This document shows, one piece after another, positions 19,234 to 27,596 of a stretch of 32,000 nucleotides of DNA. The notes under the pieces are model-generated. The model was given only the letters and a program-made list of their open reading frames with translations. It searched no databases and was not told the DNA's origin. The DNA comes from Candidatus Syntropharchaeum caldarium (GTDB lineage Archaea; Halobacteriota; Syntropharchaeia; Syntropharchaeales; Syntropharchaeaceae), in the NCBI GenBank assembly GCA_001766815.1, contig LYOS01000002.1, positions 202,377-234,376 on the forward strand, written 5' to 3'. Made by a program: the position numbers and the translations under genes. The number at the start of each line of letters is the position of its first letter. The stretch's first letter is position 1.

Positions 19234-19644
19234 ATGAGGTTTAGTATGAAAACATCTGATAAAATTGCAGAAGATTGCCGTGAAAAACGGGAGCGACACA
19301 GTTCTTTTAGAAATTTAGATTCACAATTATCGGTAGTCGAAAAATTAAAAGATGAAGCAGATAAAGAATTGGCGAATTATTCAGAAGAGCTGATTTCAGA
19401 CTGGATACCTATTTATTATTATAACTTAGCATTGAATAGCATTGTTTCCAGAAATCGAAAACAGAATTACTACAATAGCAACACTGGAAATTTCGAAAGA
19501 AGAGTGATAAAAATGGACCCCTTAGAAATAGAATGGTTAAAATTTCTGATACAGATAAGACACATACAAATCCATAATGGGGGTATAGTTGATAAAAAAA
19601 TTTATGGGAGCGATGCGATCATTCTCACATCTAAAAGTCTCTGA
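19234..19644 (+). CDS. Small helical protein with an R-x4-H (HEPN-like) motif; putative effector/partner of the helicase-nuclease
   Basis: 136 aa, or 132 aa from ATG 19246, which has GAGGT 5 nt upstream. It lies 22 nt downstream of the helicase stop on the same strand and shares its AT-rich composition. The motif LIQIR(109)HIQIH(114)NGG resembles the RNxxxHG-type HEPN active-site motif. No other family was recognised. Confidence 0.4.
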   Translation: MRFSMKTSDKIAEDCREKRERHSSFRNLDSQLSVVEKLKDEADKELANYSEELISDWIPIYYYNLALNSIVSRNRKQNYYNSNTGNFERRVIKMDPLEIEWLKFLIQIRHIQIHNGGIVDKKIYGSDAIILTSKSL

Positions 19645-19796
19645 ATATTCAATAGGTTCCTAGTGGACAGCAGATTCGACGATGATCGAGGTAGCGAAAA
19701 AGATTGTTCTGAAAATGAAAACAATAGTAGAAAAAGAAGTAACGAAATCAGATAAATCTGAAATTGAAATATTATTTAAGCCTTAAGGATCCTAAA

Positions 19797-20612
19797 ATGC
19801 CATCAAATCCACTGAACCCCATCAAAAAACCGAAAGGAGGAACTCTATTTCTCCTATTCACAGCCCTGGGTCTCGTTCTCGTCCTTTTTATCTCCATCAC
19901 ACTTTTTGATATGTTCTACAGGCAGGCAGAAGACCTCCCTCGTCTTTTCAGTGCTGCAAGGGATCCTGTTGTTCTGACCGCGATCGGGGTGAGTATCGCT
20001 GCCACGACGTGTTCCACGCTCATTGCATTCACGTTCGGTGTTCCGCTGGCTTATCTTCTTGCAAGAAAGAACTTCCCAGGGAAGAGCCTTGTAGAGGGGA
20101 TAATTGATATTCCCATGATGATACCGCATGTTGTTGCCGGGATCGCACTCTATGGGGTTTTGATGCGCTCTGGGGTGATCGGTGCACCGTTTGATATGCT
20201 TGGTGTTACGCTTGTCGATGCGTTCTCTGGGATTGTGCTTGCGATGCTCTTCATGAGCCTGCCGTATCTTGTCGATACTGCGAGGGAGGGGTTCAGGAGT
20301 GTGGATGAGCGGTTGGAGAATGTCTCGCGCTCGCTTGGGGCGTCTCCCTGGCAGACATTCAGGAGGGTCTCGTTCCCGCTCGCATTCTCATCGATCTACA
20401 ATGGCTGCATCCTTGCCTGGGCGCGGGGGATAAGTGAGTTCTCAGCGGTCCTCATCGTCGCGTACTTCCCGCGGTCTGCCCCTATCCTGATATACGAACG
20501 CTTCACCTCGTATGGCTTATCGAGTTCAAGGCCGATTGCGATCCTCTTTGTCGTGATCTGTCTCGTACTCTTCACACTCCTCAGACTCCCTGAATGGAGG
20601 AGGAGGCGATGA
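19797..20612 (+). CDS. ABC transporter permease, molybdate/tungstate/sulfate (ModB/WtpB/CysT) type
   Basis: It has multiple TM helices and an EAA-loop region (ERLENVSRSLGASPWQTFRRVSFPL). The track start is TTG 19764, but ATG 19797 (MPSNPL) is preferred. ATGA overlap with the ATPase gene. Confidence 0.85.
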   Translation: MPSNPLNPIKKPKGGTLFLLFTALGLVLVLFISITLFDMFYRQAEDLPRLFSAARDPVVLTAIGVSIAATTCSTLIAFTFGVPLAYLLARKNFPGKSLVEGIIDIPMMIPHVVAGIALYGVLMRSGVIGAPFDMLGVTLVDAFSGIVLAMLFMSLPYLVDTAREGFRSVDERLENVSRSLGASPWQTFRRVSFPLAFSSIYNGCILAWARGISEFSAVLIVAYFPRSAPILIYERFTSYGLSSSRPIAILFVVICLVLFTLLRLPEWRRRR

Positions 20613-21670
20613 TCAGGATAAGAGACCTTGAGCGAAGCTGGAGAGAGTTCAGGATAGAGGATATCAACCTCGCGATCGATCGGGGCGAGTACTTTGTGAT
20701 TCTTGGACCGACCGGTGCTGGAAAGACGCTTCTTCTCGAGCTCATAGCAGGATTCTATCTACCGGATGGGGGTGAGATCTGGATCGATGGGGTGAATGTG
20801 ACAGATCTTGCGCCTGAAGAGCGGGGGGTTGGGTTTGTATATCAGGATTACGCGCTCTTTCCACATCTCACCGTGAAGGAGAACATAGAGTTTGGATTGC
20901 GAGTTAAAAAACTTCCAGAACCCGAGATCAGAAGATCTGTATCGGAGATGATGGAGCTACTTGGAATTGAAGACCTCAAAGATCGCTATCCAGATACCCT
21001 TTCAGGTGGCGAGCGTCAGAAGACCGCGATCGCAAGAGCACTCATCCTGAAACCCGATCTCCTACTCATGGATGAGCCGTTCAGCGCGCTCGATCTACGG
21101 ACAAAGCAGAGGATGCAGGATGAGCTGAAGAAGATCCACAGAGAGTCAGGCGTAACGATGGTACATGTGACCCATGATCAGACAGAGGCAATGGTGATGG
21201 CAGATCGGATCGGCGTCATGATGGAGGGGAGGATCGTTCAGGTTGGAGGGGTTCGTGAAGTCTTCAATAAGCCCTTAAACGAGAGGATTGCAGAGTTTCT
21301 TGGGGTTGAGAATGTACTTGAAGGTGTCATTTCAGAGGTAGATGATGGGCTTTCGATCATAGACATTGGAGGTATCGAGATATCTGCTGTCACTGATCTG
21401 GAGGTTGGCTCCAGAGTCAACGCTTTTCTGCGACCCGAGGAGATCACGATATCAAAAGTCTCACAGAAGACGAGTGCGAGAAACAATATAGAGGCAAAAA
21501 TAGAGAAGATCGTGAATCTCGGGGCAGTGGTCAGAATAGAGCTTGATTCTGGACTTGTTGCACTGACAAGCAGGCGATCGGCAGAAGAACTTGGACTTGA
21601 GAGAGGTGTGGAGGTTTATGCCTCCTTCAAGGCGACAGCGGTTCATGTTGTGAGGCGGGGCTCAAAATAA
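20609..21670 (+). CDS. ABC transporter ATP-binding protein with C-terminal TOBE/Mop-like domain (ModC/WtpC type)
   Basis: Walker A GPTGAGKT, signature LSGGERQK, Walker B LLLMDEPFSALD and an H-loop VTHD, followed by a roughly 110-aa C-terminal TOBE-like extension. ATG 20609 overlaps the permease stop (ATGA) and is preferred over ATG 20594. Confidence 0.9.
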   Translation: MIRIRDLERSWREFRIEDINLAIDRGEYFVILGPTGAGKTLLLELIAGFYLPDGGEIWIDGVNVTDLAPEERGVGFVYQDYALFPHLTVKENIEFGLRVKKLPEPEIRRSVSEMMELLGIEDLKDRYPDTLSGGERQKTAIARALILKPDLLLMDEPFSALDLRTKQRMQDELKKIHRESGVTMVHVTHDQTEAMVMADRIGVMMEGRIVQVGGVREVFNKPLNERIAEFLGVENVLEGVISEVDDGLSIIDIGGIEISAVTDLEVGSRVNAFLRPEEITISKVSQKTSARNNIEAKIEKIVNLGAVVRIELDSGLVALTSRRSAEELGLERGVEVYASFKATAVHVVRRGSK

Positions 21671-23085
21671 GTCCGCAAAAAGACTTTAAAATCCTCTTCT
21701 TCAAGAAGATCAAAGATCTTTTTTCCTTCAATAATTGCAAAATCTGCATTTTTGAGGTTCTTACCGAGTGTACCCTTTCTCAAATTCGCACCCAAAAAAT
21801 CTTTTGCATCTGTGTACTTTCTCTCAATATCAACGAGATACCTGCCATCTTTGATATGGATTCCGTAGGTTGCCCCCTCGTGTTTTGATCTAAACTTTGC
21901 TGCATGTCTTCTCTTCCAGACGGGTGGTCCCCAGTGTTTTTTTATGGCTGGTAGCGTTGCAACCTCGAGTTCAAGAAGTATCACGGCATGGTGACGACCT
22001 GCCCAGACGGCGTCCCGATAAACCCTGAAGCCCTCGCGATGGAGTAACTCGGTTGCACCGGTTGCAGAGCGCCTGAGCTGCGGATAGAGTATATCCTCAA
22101 CAACTGGTGGTCTATCAAACGCAATGAAAATAAATCGTGTTCCGCGCCTGGATGCGATCTCGTCAAATTCATCGATTTCAACTGGTGCAGGTTCTTTCGG
22201 AAAGAAGAGATCGATCGATGGCGATTCAAGAAAACGGTGTGCACCATCGATGAACCTGCCAAAATTCTCGATAGAGAGTGCTGCTGCCACATTTCGCATC
22301 GGATCAACAGGATCGATCACAATGAGTGGGTCAGCCCCTTCATACTTTCCGTGCGATTCGATATCGATCCGCATACCCGCTTTCCATGAGTTTGCAGCCT
22401 CTTTTAAAACCTTTAGAAATGAGCCATAGTGTATGACCAGAAGCTCTGTCAGATATCCAGAGAAGCCCTGGCGCTTCAATTCAGAGCCATAAACCCCAAT
22501 ACCCCGCATGAACTGTTTAAGCAGGAGTACCTCATCCTCAAGTCCAGCGATTTTTGAGAGGACGTACTGGTTGTGAAAGGGCGTGCGGTCAACGGCAGAC
22601 TCAATCTTCGCTGGATCGGTGACTGCAAAGCACGGCACAATATCAACCTCGTACTTTCCCCCCATCCTGTCCCCAAATACCGCCTTTATGTATGGGTGCT
22701 CTGCATACTCCTTCTCATAAGATATACAGTAAAACTCCTCGTCACTGTAGTCCTGTTTCACAACGTACTTCCCAATCTCAATCCCGTTAAGCTCAAGCTC
22801 AGCCCTCGTCTGGTTGGCTTCAAAGAGCATGAATAGATCAAGGTCATGCTCACCAGAAACCCACGTGCCGCGGGCAGCAGATCCAACAAGCATCACTTCA
22901 ATCTCAATAAAAAGTGATGCGGCTGCGCTGTATATTTTATCTGTGATAAAACGTGCAAAACGCTCAAGACGTTCTACCTCTGCCTGATCAGGCTTAACCT
23001 TCTTCAGGACTTCTTTGAGAATCTGATGGGCCCGCTGAGATTCGAACTCAGGATCCCCGCCGTGTGAAGGCGATGTCATAACCAA
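21643..23085 (-). CDS. cca: CCA-adding enzyme (archaeal class I tRNA nucleotidyltransferase); start codon unresolved
   Basis: It has the catalytic motif LVGSAARGTW..DLDLF, and length and sequence are typical of archaeal Cca. The first roughly 20 codons of the track ORF (TTG 23085 / ATG 23079) lie inside the tRNA-Val gene. The homologous N-terminus starts near ILKEVL (ATT 23022), and no ATG/GTG/TTG is in frame there. Confidence 0.85.
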   Translation of the reverse strand: MVMTSPSHGGDPEFESQRAHQILKEVLKKVKPDQAEVERLERFARFITDKIYSAAASLFIEIEVMLVGSAARGTWVSGEHDLDLFMLFEANQTRAELELNGIEIGKYVVKQDYSDEEFYCISYEKEYAEHPYIKAVFGDRMGGKYEVDIVPCFAVTDPAKIESAVDRTPFHNQYVLSKIAGLEDEVLLLKQFMRGIGVYGSELKRQGFSGYLTELLVIHYGSFLKVLKEAANSWKAGMRIDIESHGKYEGADPLIVIDPVDPMRNVAAALSIENFGRFIDGAHRFLESPSIDLFFPKEPAPVEIDEFDEIASRRGTRFIFIAFDRPPVVEDILYPQLRRSATGATELLHREGFRVYRDAVWAGRHHAVILLELEVATLPAIKKHWGPPVWKRRHAAKFRSKHEGATYGIHIKDGRYLVDIERKYTDAKDFLGANLRKGTLGKNLKNADFAIIEGKKIFDLLEEEDFKVFLRTYFEPRLTT

Positions 23086-23100
23086 CTAGACCACGGGCCC
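23027..23100 (-). tRNA. tRNA-Val: tRNA-Val (anticodon CAC), no genomically encoded CCA
   Basis: The 74-nt reverse complement reads GGGCCCG-TG-GTCT..GAC-A-TCGCC-TTCACAC-GGCGG-GGATC-CTGAG-TTCGAAT-CTCAG-CGGGCCC-A. This gives a perfect 7-bp acceptor stem, 5-bp anticodon and T stems, and a TTCGAAT T-loop. The anticodon loop TTCACAC gives CAC. The discriminator A is followed by TCA. Confidence 0.9.
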
Positions 23101-23118
23101 AAAAAATTGACAACCACC

Positions 23119-24111
23119 TCAGAGGCTGTCCAGCATATCAACGACCCTGCATGAGTATCCCCACTCGTTGTCATACCAGGAGATCACCTTCACAAGATCG
23201 CCGTCGATCACATTCGTAAGCGAGGAATCAACGATTGAGGAATGTTTATTGTCAAGGTAGTCGATCGATACAAGTGGCTCATCACAGACGTCAAGTATCC
23301 CTGCCATACTGTCTCCTGCTGCAGCTTTAAAGGCATTGTTAACCTCTTCTATCGTCGTCTGCTTCTTGACCTTTGCAACAAAATCCACAACAGAGACGTT
23401 TGTGACGGGGACACGCATCGCCATACCATCAAGCTTCCCTTTGAGTTCTGGGAGTACGAGCGTAACTGCAATAGCTGCTCCTGTGGTGGTGGGTATGATC
23501 GAGGCGGCAGCAGCTCGTGCACGTCTTAAATCCTTATGTGGAAAATCAAGAAGCTGTTGATCATTTGTGTATGAGTGAACAGTTGTCATAAGCCCTTTCT
23601 CGATCTCAAATGAGTCGTTTAGAACCTTTGCTACGGGTGCAAGGCAGTTTGTGGTACATGATGCAAGCGAGATGATATGGTGTTTATCTGGATCATACTG
23701 GTCATCGTTCACTCCAATAACCAGCGTAATATCAGCGTTTTTTCCAGGGGCCGAGATGATGACCTTCTCTGCACCAGCTTCAATATGCTTTGATGCGCCC
23801 TCACGCGCTGTGAAGAAACCAGTTGATTCAACCACCGCATCTATACCCATTTCTTTCCATGGCAGCTTCGCAGGGTCTCGTTCAGATAGGATATTAACAA
23901 ACTTCCCATCGACCGAGATGCCATCATCTTCAGCTTTAACTTCGGATTCAAGTATACCATGAACAGAGTCGTACTTCAGGAGATGTGCAAGTGTCGCAGG
24001 ATTGGTTAAATCATTTATTGCCAGGATCTCAATCGCAGAGTTTCCCATAGCAGCCCTGAAAACGTTTCGCCCGATTCTCCCAAAACCATTGATCGCAACT
24101 TTGACAGACAT
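23119..24111 (-). CDS. gap: Glyceraldehyde-3-phosphate dehydrogenase, type I (bacterial/eukaryal class)
   Basis: [17 protein letters not shown] is the NAD-binding motif and SCTTNCLAP is the catalytic Cys motif; WYDNEWGYS is also present. ATG 24111 (MSVKV, GAGGG about 8 nt upstream) is preferred over the track start 24132. Confidence 0.92.
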   Translation of the reverse strand: MSVKVAINGFGRIGRNVFRAAMGNSAIEILAINDLTNPATLAHLLKYDSVHGILESEVKAEDDGISVDGKFVNILSERDPAKLPWKEMGIDAVVESTGFFTAREGASKHIEAGAEKVIISAPGKNADITLVIGVNDDQYDPDKHHIISLASCTTNCLAPVAKVLNDSFEIEKGLMTTVHSYTNDQQLLDFPHKDLRRARAAAASIIPTTTGAAIAVTLVLPELKGKLDGMAMRVPVTNVSVVDFVAKVKKQTTIEEVNNAFKAAAGDSMAGILDVCDEPLVSIDYLDNKHSSIVDSSLTNVIDGDLVKVISWYDNEWGYSCRVVDMLDSL

Positions 24112-24144
24112 AATTAACCCTCGCTTACTCATTGCTATTCGGGC

Positions 24145-24157
24145 ATATATATTTTTT
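24145..24157 (-). promoter_or_regulatory. TATA-like box upstream of gap
   Basis: The minus strand reads AAAAAATATATAT in the 27-nt gap between the nfi stop and the gap ORF, about 35-45 nt upstream of ATG 24111. Confidence 0.4.
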
Positions 24158-24159
24158 GA

Positions 24160-24828
24160 TCAGTCTTCCTTTGCTTCTCTCATGCATTCACGTTTCACCC
24201 TGTTTGCAAAGAGATGTGCGATTCTTGTGGGTTCAGGAAGCTTATATCCTTTTATGCATGATTTTATCAGCTTTAAAGCGCTTTCAGGCGAGATCATATG
24301 TCCTGGTGCCACAATGAGTGGGTTGCATCCCCTCTTGCTCTTGAAGTAATATCCAACCACTCTATCCTGAAAGATGATAACCTCTGCATCACCCACTTCT
24401 GAAGGTACCTCACCTTTACCACATAGTATCTTCTTTGCAACACCAATCGTCGGAATATCGAGCATCACACCGATATGGGTTGCCAGCCCAGCAAATCTCG
24501 GGTGATTGATCCCGCATCCATCCACAACGAGAAGATCTGGTGTAACATCAAGTAAATTGAATGCTTCAATCACGGATGGCGCCTCTCTGAATGACAATAG
24601 CCCTGGAATGTAGGGGAAATTCACGCTCAAGATCACATGCGAAGAATCGACAATATTCAGCGCGGGAAATTCAAGCACAACGATCGCAGATATGATCTTA
24701 TCCTCAAAGAACGCCTGATCTGCTCCTGCTATATATTTAATCGCATCAAGGTTGAGTCGATCATCGATGATTGTGCGTGATGCAACCGCTGCCTGTATCC
24801 TGTAAAGTGCTTCACGATTGACCATCAC
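24160..24828 (-). CDS. nfi: Endonuclease V (deoxyinosine 3' endonuclease)
   Basis: 222 aa with IAGADQAF, PYIPGLLSFREAP and VVDGCGINHPRFAGLATHIGV, which are Nfi hallmarks. Confidence 0.9.
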   Translation of the reverse strand: MMVNREALYRIQAAVASRTIIDDRLNLDAIKYIAGADQAFFEDKIISAIVVLEFPALNIVDSSHVILSVNFPYIPGLLSFREAPSVIEAFNLLDVTPDLLVVDGCGINHPRFAGLATHIGVMLDIPTIGVAKKILCGKGEVPSEVGDAEVIIFQDRVVGYYFKSKRGCNPLIVAPGHMISPESALKLIKSCIKGYKLPEPTRIAHLFANRVKRECMREAKED

Positions 24829-25916
24829 ACTTCCTCAACCCCCAGGATCTCTGTTAGCGCCTCCACAAGCTCAACATTATCCTCATGCTTCCTGATACCG
24901 ATTCGTACAAAGTCTGGTAGGTGAAACGATGCACAGTCACGAAGATAAATCCCTCTTTCAAGGAGTTTTTCATTTATGGATGCTGCACTCCTTCCCTTAA
25001 GATCCACAAGTATGAAATTTGCATCGCTCTGAATCGCATAAACCGGGAGTTTACCAAGGGCATGCAGGAGATATGCCTTCTCACGCTCAACAAGCTCAAC
25101 CCCTTTTTTCAGGTATTCAAGCTCATCGATGAGTGCGAGTGCAACCTTTTGTCCGAGAATGGTGACATTCCATGGGATTTTAACCGCCTTTAGTGCAGAT
25201 ATTATCTTCTTATCTGATACAAGGTATCCAATCCTGATTCCTGCACATGAAAACGATTTTGTGAGCGATCTAACAATAATTAAGTTTCCATTTTGAATCA
25301 GATCATCTGAATACCATTTTTTGGGTGAAAGATCAACATACGCCTCATCGATGACGAGAATTGTATCCCTCTTTCTGCATGCCTCAAGAATATCTAAAAC
25401 CGCACTCCGATCGAGATACTCACCTGTGGGGTTGTTGGGATTGCAGAGAAAGACAAGTTTTGGCATGATCTCATCGATCGTCTCTGTGAATGAATCGATC
25501 TGCAGCCTGAAGTCATCTTCCCGAAGAAGCGGGTAGTAGGAGATGTTTCCGCCCATCATCAGAACTGCCCTGGAATATTCGCCATAAGTAGGACTTGGAA
25601 TGAGTGCAATATCACCTTTTTCAATTGCAATAAGTGGGATCATGAATAAAAGCTCGGATGCGCCATTTCCAAGCAGAACCTCATCGGGTGCAAGCTTTTG
25701 AGAGTTTGCTATGCTGTAACATACCGACCGTGAGTCTGACTCAGGGTATAAACTTAGATCTGATATGGAAAGTGATCTTACAGTTTCAGCAATTGATGGT
25801 GGCGGACCCAGTGGGTTCAGTGAAGTACTGAAGTCAAGTCTCACCTTATCGATGCTTCCGCCGTGATAACAGGCTTCAAGCCCTTTCAACGCATCTCTGA
25901 AGATTTTATCCATCAA
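24825..25916 (-). CDS. Class I/II PLP-dependent aminotransferase family (histidinol-phosphate aminotransferase / threonine-phosphate decarboxylase CobD-like)
   Basis: 363 aa with the PLP-lysine motif RSLTKSFSCAGIRIGY, NPNNPTG and IDEAY. The SLTK form suggests CobD-like, but HisC cannot be excluded. 4-nt overlap with nfi. Confidence 0.75.
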   Translation of the reverse strand: MMDKIFRDALKGLEACYHGGSIDKVRLDFSTSLNPLGPPPSIAETVRSLSISDLSLYPESDSRSVCYSIANSQKLAPDEVLLGNGASELLFMIPLIAIEKGDIALIPSPTYGEYSRAVLMMGGNISYYPLLREDDFRLQIDSFTETIDEIMPKLVFLCNPNNPTGEYLDRSAVLDILEACRKRDTILVIDEAYVDLSPKKWYSDDLIQNGNLIIVRSLTKSFSCAGIRIGYLVSDKKIISALKAVKIPWNVTILGQKVALALIDELEYLKKGVELVEREKAYLLHALGKLPVYAIQSDANFILVDLKGRSAASINEKLLERGIYLRDCASFHLPDFVRIGIRKHEDNVELVEALTEILGVEEV

Positions 25917-25998
25917 GAATCACACCTTTAAATAAGTCTTAAATGATAAATCTATAACGGTCGATAACTTAATAAGGGGCATGGAGAAGTTATGATAG

Positions 25999-26814
25999 AT
26001 GCCAGAGAAGATCCATAATCTTGGTTTTATCGGTGGTGGCAGGATCGCAGGGGCGATAATACAGGGCGTTCTAAGACGGGGGTTGCTCGATCCAGATGAT
26101 ATTCTTGTGAGTGATATCTCAAGATCAAGGCTCGACCATCTCAGATCAGAGTTCGGGGTCGAGGTCACAGATGATAACCTCACCGTGCCAAAAGAGCGGG
26201 ATATTCTTGTAATCGCTGTAAAACCGCAGATGATCGAAGCTGTTCTTACCGGGATCTTATCAGAGATTGCAGAAGGTCATCTCCTCATCTCGGTTGCTGC
26301 TGGTGTTAAAACATCACAGATTGAGGCTATAACAGAAAATATTCCACGAGTTATCAGGGTTATGCCAAATATCGCAGCGATTGTTGGTGAAGCTGCAAGT
26401 GCAATCTGTAAAGGTTCTAATTCAGGTGATTCAGACCTTGAAGTTGCAAAGATGATATTTGAAGCGGTTGGAAGTGTTGTGATCGTTGATGAAGCCAGCA
26501 TGGATGCAGTTACGGGTTTGAGTGGTAGCGGGCCCGGGTTTATAATGCCGATAATCGAGGCGCTTGCCGATGGTGGAGTTCATGAGGGACTTGATCGGAA
26601 TACCGCGCTCACGCTTGCAGCACAGACCGTTCTTGGAGCTGGCAAACTCGTTCTTGAGTCCAATGCACACCCAGGGGCACTGAAAGATATGGTGACATCT
26701 CCCGGAGGTACAACAATCACAGGACTGAAAGCACTCGAGGAAGCAGGAGTCAGGGATGCCATGATGGAGGCTGTTATCAGGGCAACCGCAAAAAGCAGAG
26801 GACTTGGCGATTGA
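25999..26814 (+). CDS. proC: Pyrroline-5-carboxylate reductase
   Basis: 271 aa with the Rossmann motif LGFIGGGRIAGAI, RVMPN, and the C-terminal VTSPGGTTITGL signature. Confidence 0.92.
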   Translation: MPEKIHNLGFIGGGRIAGAIIQGVLRRGLLDPDDILVSDISRSRLDHLRSEFGVEVTDDNLTVPKERDILVIAVKPQMIEAVLTGILSEIAEGHLLISVAAGVKTSQIEAITENIPRVIRVMPNIAAIVGEAASAICKGSNSGDSDLEVAKMIFEAVGSVVIVDEASMDAVTGLSGSGPGFIMPIIEALADGGVHEGLDRNTALTLAAQTVLGAGKLVLESNAHPGALKDMVTSPGGTTITGLKALEEAGVRDAMMEAVIRATAKSRGLGD

Positions 26815-26879
26815 ATGATTGGGTCAAAACCTGTGAAGGATAAACTTTATTGAGTAGTACGACGAATTTTATAAATAAA

Positions 26880-27596
26880 ATGTTAATAAATATCCTCACA
26901 GAAGCGGAGTTTGAGCTGCTTGGAAAGTTTCTGATAGCCCTCGTCATCGCATTTGTTCTGCTTCTTCTACTGATCTTTGTGGCACTTGTTCGATTTATGA
27001 AAGAGAAGAAGACTATCCATCCAAATCTTCTTTTAACACTTATACAGATTTTTTACAATCCACTCACCCTTGTAGCAGAGGTCTTCAGTATAGAGCCTGA
27101 TGTAATCGATCGGGTTTTTCTCAGACTCAACAACAGCGTGACCTACGATGATTTTGCAAAGACTGACCTCGATAAACGTGTTATCATCCTTCCCCAGTGT
27201 ATGCGAGATTTGAATTGCCCGGCCAAGCTCAGCGCGTTCGATGGTTTTCATTGTAAAGCCTGCGGAATGTGTCAGATTGGGGCAATAAAGAACCTTGCAG
27301 AGGGATTGGGTATGAAACTATTCATCGTACCAGGTGGAAGTTTTGCAAAGCGAATTCTCAAGAGAGAAAGACCTGAAGCTGTGATCGGGGTTGCATGCTT
27401 CAACGAACTCTATGAAGGACTGTTAAACGCCAGTTTATTCGACATTCAATCACAGGGAGTCCCACTCGTAAGACAGGGTTGTGTTGCAACAGCACTTGAC
27501 TACAACGCGCTCCTTGATGTGGTGCTTGCAGGGGTTGATGATTGGCGAAAGATACAGATTTATGAGGAGGCTGGATGTCACTATATGCAATCTTAG
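26880..27596 (+). CDS. DUF116-family membrane protein (Cys-rich), paralog 1
   Basis: It has an N-terminal TM segment, then LPQCMRDLNCPAKLSAFDGFHCKACGMCQIG and VPGGSFAKRILKRERPEAVIGVAC. ATG 26880 is preferred to track TTG 26850. Confidence 0.7.
   Translation: MLINILTEAEFELLGKFLIALVIAFVLLLLLIFVALVRFMKEKKTIHPNLLLTLIQIFYNPLTLVAEVFSIEPDVIDRVFLRLNNSVTYDDFAKTDLDKRVIILPQCMRDLNCPAKLSAFDGFHCKACGMCQIGAIKNLAEGLGMKLFIVPGGSFAKRILKRERPEAVIGVACFNELYEGLLNASLFDIQSQGVPLVRQGCVATALDYNALLDVVLAGVDDWRKIQIYEEAGCHYMQS

Noticed and set aside
19682-19786. A 34-codon ORF (MIEVAKKIVLKMKTIVEKEVTKSDKSEIEILFKP) between the HEPN-like gene and the ABC permease.
   Set aside because: It is too short, has no Shine-Dalgarno sequence and matches no recognisable family. 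It could be a third tiny island gene, but that cannot be supported from sequence alone.
16210-19800. A search for direct repeats, an integrase or a tRNA target flanking the AT-rich island.
   Set aside because: None was found by eye at either boundary. I therefore do not call it an integrative element or define att sites. A dot-plot or BLAST of the two flanks against each other would be needed.
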